Source: Octopus vulgaris (Eukaryota). From it: a stretch of 64,000 bases of DNA. The notes under the pieces are model-generated. The model saw nothing but the letters and a program-made list of their open reading frames with translations. It was not told the DNA's origin and did not search any database. Location: the NCBI GenBank assembly GCA_951406725.2, contig OX597816.1, forward strand, positions 57,908,001-57,972,000. The letters are read 5' to 3'. Of this stretch, positions 54,274-60,200 are shown one piece after another; position 1 is the first letter of the stretch; each line of letters opens with the position of its first letter. The translations under genes were made by a program, and so were the position numbers.

Positions 54274-57200
54274 AGTGTGTGTTTGTCCCCCCACCATTGC
54301 CTGACAACCGATGTTGGTGTGTTCATGTCCCCGTAACTTAGTAGTTTGGCAAAAGAGGCCGATAGAATAAGTACTAGGCTTACAAGAATAAGTCCTGGGG
54401 TTGATTTGTTCGACTAAAGGCAGGGCTCCAGCATGGCCACAGTCAAATGACTGAAATAAACAAAAGATTTGTGATACAGTGGCTGGTGTAGTTCTAGCTA
54501 TATTATGCATGAGAGAGAAAAGATGAGATGATCATGGATGGAATGTTTGCTGGGCCATGATTAAACAATGTCTTTACAGATCCTAGAGCTGTGGTTCTTA
54601 ATCTGGGGTTTACAACTGGGGATGTTGTGAGCTCACAAAGGAGCAGCAAAAGTTGAAGGTTTGCAATGGAAAGGGCTGGATGTTCCATTAATATCTTTGA
54701 AATGTCCATGTCTGGCAGGATCCAAAGACTGCATTGTGCTCCACTGTCTACTTTGGCAGAATTTCTAGGGCTGCATGCCCTTTCTAATGCCAACCACTTT
54801 ACAATCTGTGCTGGGCACCTATTTTTGTGGCACTAGCGCCACTGAAGTGCAACAGAAATATGGTAACAAAAAGGTTAATGTGATGAGACAACATCAATTA
54901 TTTAAGAATTAGCTTAATGATTAAACACAAATTAGTACTAGTAATAATTAATAATAAACTCACTCTTTTAATGCTTTAATAAACTTCATTCTAGAGTCAG
55001 CAATCTTGGGAAGCTGAAAAGAAGGTAAAAAACTGGAGTTTCAACTCAAAGCATTTGAGACCATGGGTTGTTGTGGTTGTGTATATAAGACAACCACACA
55101 TGTAAAAATGGACAAAATCCACATATGACTTGTTAAAGTTACGGACAACATGCACAAACCTGTAATATTTCACATCAATGATTATAATACAGAAAAGCAA
55201 AACAAAACAAAAAAAAAAAACATTGTCATTTAATATCTGCTTTTCCATGCTTGCATGAATCAGATGGAATCTTTTGAGTCAGATTTTCTATAGCTGGATG
55301 CCTTCCCTGTCATCAACCTTCACCTGTTTGCAAGCTAGATAATGTTTCTCTGTGTTTTGTCATGGCAGACATCACTTGTGTGATGGTGGTGCTTATTTAC
55401 AAATCACCTGATGAAAAAGAGCTGTGTAAGGTCCACATGATATTGGTTGGAAAACATAAGCATCAGATCTTATGTTCCATGCTTTGCTGATTTCTCTTAA
55501 TTTACATCAGCATCCTCATCATTTAATGCTTGTCTTTCAGGCTGGTATGGGTTTGATGGTTCAACGAAGACTGCATCAAGGCTCCCAGGTCTGCTTTCAC
55601 ATATTTTTTATGGCTAAATGCCCTTCCTAAAAGATATTTCAGGAAAATTTACAAGTGACAAGAATCCCTAGAAATCATGCTAAACTAAACCAAGAGCGAC
55701 ACATGGTTCCCTGCCTTGTCTTGGGCCATTACAATCTGTCCAGCCTAAGCTAGAATGGAAAGTGGACATAAAATAACGATAATATAGGGTAATCTTAATC
55801 ATGAGATTAAGACGAGTCAATAAAATAATAATAATAATAATAATACAGATTAAATGTATTGTTTGTTTAGTATTCAGATTAATCTGCCAAATGTAATGCT
55901 TAATCCCCGTTGTTTTGAATTAATCTTGTATTGTAGCTTCAAGATTTTGATGATGTGATTGTTTATGACATTGTAGGAAAAGTGTGAGAAGCTAGATCTG
56001 GCCATTTTCAACATTAAACAGGTAGAATGCGTGAGCTGGATTTGGCAGGTTTAAACGCTAAAGGGTTAAGGTCCCCTCCCCTGCCCTCACAAGTCCCTTC
56101 ATCTGGCTTCACCACCACCATGACAACTACTACCAGCACCCCACTCCAACAACACTGCAGATACAGTTCTATATTTAAGAGATGAGGAATTATGTACATT
56201 GTTTACATTTGACGGATATTTGTTCTCATCTTGTTTGTTGTTAACACAACGTTTCGGTTGATACACCCTCCAGCCTTCATCAGGTGTCTTGGGGAAATTT
56301 CGAACCTGGGTTCTCATTCCTAAGGTATTTTTCGATGTTGTTATTATTATTTACATTTGACAGATATTTGTCCTCATGTTCTTTGTTGTTAACACAACAT
56401 ATGCCCACGGGCATAAGGCATAGTGGTTAAGAGCACAGGCCACTAACCCCAAGATTCCAAGTTCGATTCCAAGCAGTGACCTGAATACTAATAACATTGA
56501 AAAATATCTTAGGAATGAGAACCCAGGCTCGAAATTTCCCCAAGACACCTGATGAAGGCTGGAGGGTATATCAGCCAAAACATTGTGTTAACAACAAACA
56601 AGATGAGAACAAATATCCATCAAATGTAAATAATATAAATAATGAACACTGCAGATATGACCACCATCACCTACAAACAATACTAAATCCACCTGTCATT
56701 GTTGTCACATACGAAGCACTTGTGCTGTTACCACGTATGGAGTACCTGTGCTGGTACCAAATACAAAGTACCTGTACAGGTGCCACGTAAAAGGCATCCA
56801 GTACACTCCATAAAGTGACTGGTATTAGGAAGGGCATCTAGCCATAGGAATCATGCCAGAACATACAATCGGAGCCTGGTGCAGCTTTCCAGCCTTGCCA
56901 GCACCTGTCAAATGGCAGCATAGAAAATGGATGTTAAATGATGATGATGGGACAAGTCTTACCTTACGTGGTTTCAACAAAGCTGGTAAAAACTCTCCAA
57001 CAAAATATGGTCTTCGGAAAATACTGTTGAACAGAAAAACATAAATCACTTTATTATAAACAGTTTTGTCAACATTATTATTATTATTGAGTGAGAGAGC
57101 AGTTCATGCCATCAAAGTGACACTGGGGTAAAATATACGAAGCCCAATATACCCATCATGACTACCCGTCTGATAAGGGTACACCAGGCACATGCATCAC

Positions 57201-60200
57201 AACCATATGTGCGCAACATGGTGATCTCATATCAAGATAAACAGCACATGACGTTGCAGGTGGGGCCCAGTTAGAATTTTCTTCATATTATTATTATTAT
57301 TATTATTCAAGTGTTACCCATCATATAATGGGTAACTTTATTTTTGCTACCATGGGTAATACGAGGAAATATGGCATGGCAGACATACAATAATCATAAT
57401 TTAACTTTTATCAAATTTCTTGGGGCTTATGCAAAAATAATGAAATGAATAATTTAAAAAAAACAACCTTAAAATAAAATTAAATGAAACAAATTTATCA
57501 TTTGCATATTTGCAATAAATATGTTAGGATTTTTCTAACTGTTAACATAATCACAAGTCAACTCCATCAAAAATCTATCTTTGCAAAATTTCCTTAAAAA
57601 ATGTGTGTTTGTCAGAAAGTTATCATTACCTGCCACCAAGCCTAGTATATGCATTCATCCTACACCACTTGTGTTAACTCTCTGTTTCTCTCTTTTCTTC
57701 TCTTCACCTCTCTCAACATAAGGTGTGACTGGAGAAATTAACCAACCAACATTTATATTGGCTATTGTTGTTAATATTATTACATTAATGCATGCTAATT
57801 TAGTTAGTAGCTATTTTATATTGGAGTTTGCTGACACTAAATCTCCCCAAATCTCAAGAATCTTTCTCAGGATTTATGCACAATACATGATGGAACTTTT
57901 CTGCAGGTCAATAATGTGACTTTCAATTGCAATCTCTTTCAGTCTTTTGGGCAGCATTTGACCACAGAGCCACACTGACACTGTCTTGTTAATTAAATAC
58001 ATCATTTTGTCCACTTTCCATGCTGGAATTGGTTGGATCAGGCTGCCAGTCATTTCCTATTCGAACCCATTGCTCCACAGACTGGTGCTTGTCATTTGGT
58101 CTGCCTACCACTCCTGTCTGCAACCTAGACTGTCCTGGCTACATTTTCTCATTGTACATACACAAGAGAGTTTGGCCAGTCCTTTATGTGATGGCACCAA
58201 AGGGACCGTGTAACCCAACAATTTCTCTGTCCTTTATCAACTACTTTACAGAACATACCACATGCGTTTTCCATGGAATCACTTTTAAGCAAGGTGGAAG
58301 GGGAGGTCCAGGAACAGGCTGATTGCTTTGTGTGGAATATTGATGACAACCATATATTTTAAATGGGTGGATGGGGGAAGCTGGAATGGAACTCAAAAGA
58401 GATAATATGGTGATGAAGAGGTGCCAGAACATACATTGCAAATATAAGCTGACAGGGCCTGGAAAGAGGTGGGGGTGGGTGCTAGAGGTCAGGTCTATCT
58501 AGCTAGGGTAGAAATAAAAAAGAGGTTTGCCAAAGTCCTACAGCGTGAAGATCAGAGATTTGAAGTGGTTCCGGATTGCCAGACAGGTGTCAGTGAGTAT
58601 CGGGATATTGTAGGAGAGAAGTGTGCGTGGATGGAAAATGGTTTGCTTCCACTCAATGATGTGGACGAGAAAGAAGCAAGGAAAGGTTACTATACGAAAC
58701 TGTTGAATGTAGAGAATGAATGAGATAAAGGGAGTTTCCCTCATGTGAACCCAACAGAGGGACTGGCTATCTTAATGGACAGCAGAATGGTAGATAAGGC
58801 AATTAAAAACATGAAAACTGGGAAACCCCTGGTCCGTCCAGAAACACAGCTGGGATGCTCAAAATATCCAGTAAGGGAGGATACGGGTTGGTCACCTGCA
58901 TATTTAATCAGGTCATTCAGGAAGGCGTAATACCCAGTGACTGGCTTAGAGGTATAATTCTTAGGTATTACAAGGGCAAGGGTGATACAATAGATAGAAG
59001 CAACTACAGAGGCTTGAAACTCCTGGACCAGGTGATGAAAATTATGGGGAGAGTTACTGGCCAATGAATTAGGACCAGAATTAGACTGGACGAAATACAG
59101 TTTGGCTTTGTCTGGACAAGAAGCACTACTGATGCTATTTTCATAGTCAGGCAACTGCAAGAGAAGTACTTAGCTAAGAATAAACCATTATATATGGCAT
59201 TTGTTGATCTAGAGAATGCCTTCCATAGAGTGCCCTGCTGTGTGATATGGTGGCTCTGAGGAGGCTAGGGATAGACGAGTGGCTGGTGAATGATGTACAG
59301 GCCATGTACAAAGACGCAGTCAGTAAGGTGAGAGTTAACTGAGTACAGTGAAGAATCTGGTGTACAGGTAGGGGTTCATCAAAGCTCAGTTCTTAGTCCC
59401 TTCCTTTTCATTGTCCTCCAGACCATAACAGAGGAATTCAAGACCAGCAGCCCCTGGGAACTACTATATGCTGATGACCTTGCCTTCATAGCAGATTCCA
59501 TATCAGAGCTAGACAAGAAATTCCAGGTGTGGAAGCCTTAAGGTTAACTTGGCAAAGGATAAGGTCTTAGTAAGCAAGGAAACTGACAGGACTGTACCCA
59601 CCTGTTTGATTTGTAGGAAATGTTTAGGCAGGAACTGCATATGGCGTACCCAGTGTAAACTATGGACACACAAAAGGTGCAATGGAAGATTATCAGAGAA
59701 TGTTGTGTCATATGTGGAAGATGCACAGGATCCATAAAACTTTAGAGACTCTGGAAATTGATTCTCTCAAATGCCCTGGTGGCTCATTAGAGGTAGCAGA
59801 TAATTTCTGCTATAAGTAAGAATAAGATGGAAGAAATTCAGAAATCTGTTACTTCTGTTGGCCATTAAAAATTTCTCTCTCCATGTAAAAGGAAGATTGT
59901 ATGATGCATGTATGTGGACAGCAATTCTACATGGTAATGAGATGTGGGCCCTGAATTCAGAGGACATGTGAAGGTTGGAAAGGAATGAGGCTATGATGCT
60001 CTGCTGAATGTGTAATGTAAGTGTACATGTTTGACAGAGTGCCAGAGTTCTGAGAAGCCATAAGAGGAATTGGTTGCTGTGTGTAAGAGAGAAGACTGCA
60101 CTAGTTTGGTCATGTGACGCAGATAGCGCCATAAAAAAGTGCCAATCTCACAAAGTGGATGGAACACACCTGGAGGTGGAAGACCCAGGAAGACATGGGC

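Noticed and set aside
56409-56481. Functional tRNA gene (also 48070-48143 and other SINE heads)
   Set aside because: A and B boxes are present, but the acceptor stem pairs poorly and the sequence continues into repeat bodies.
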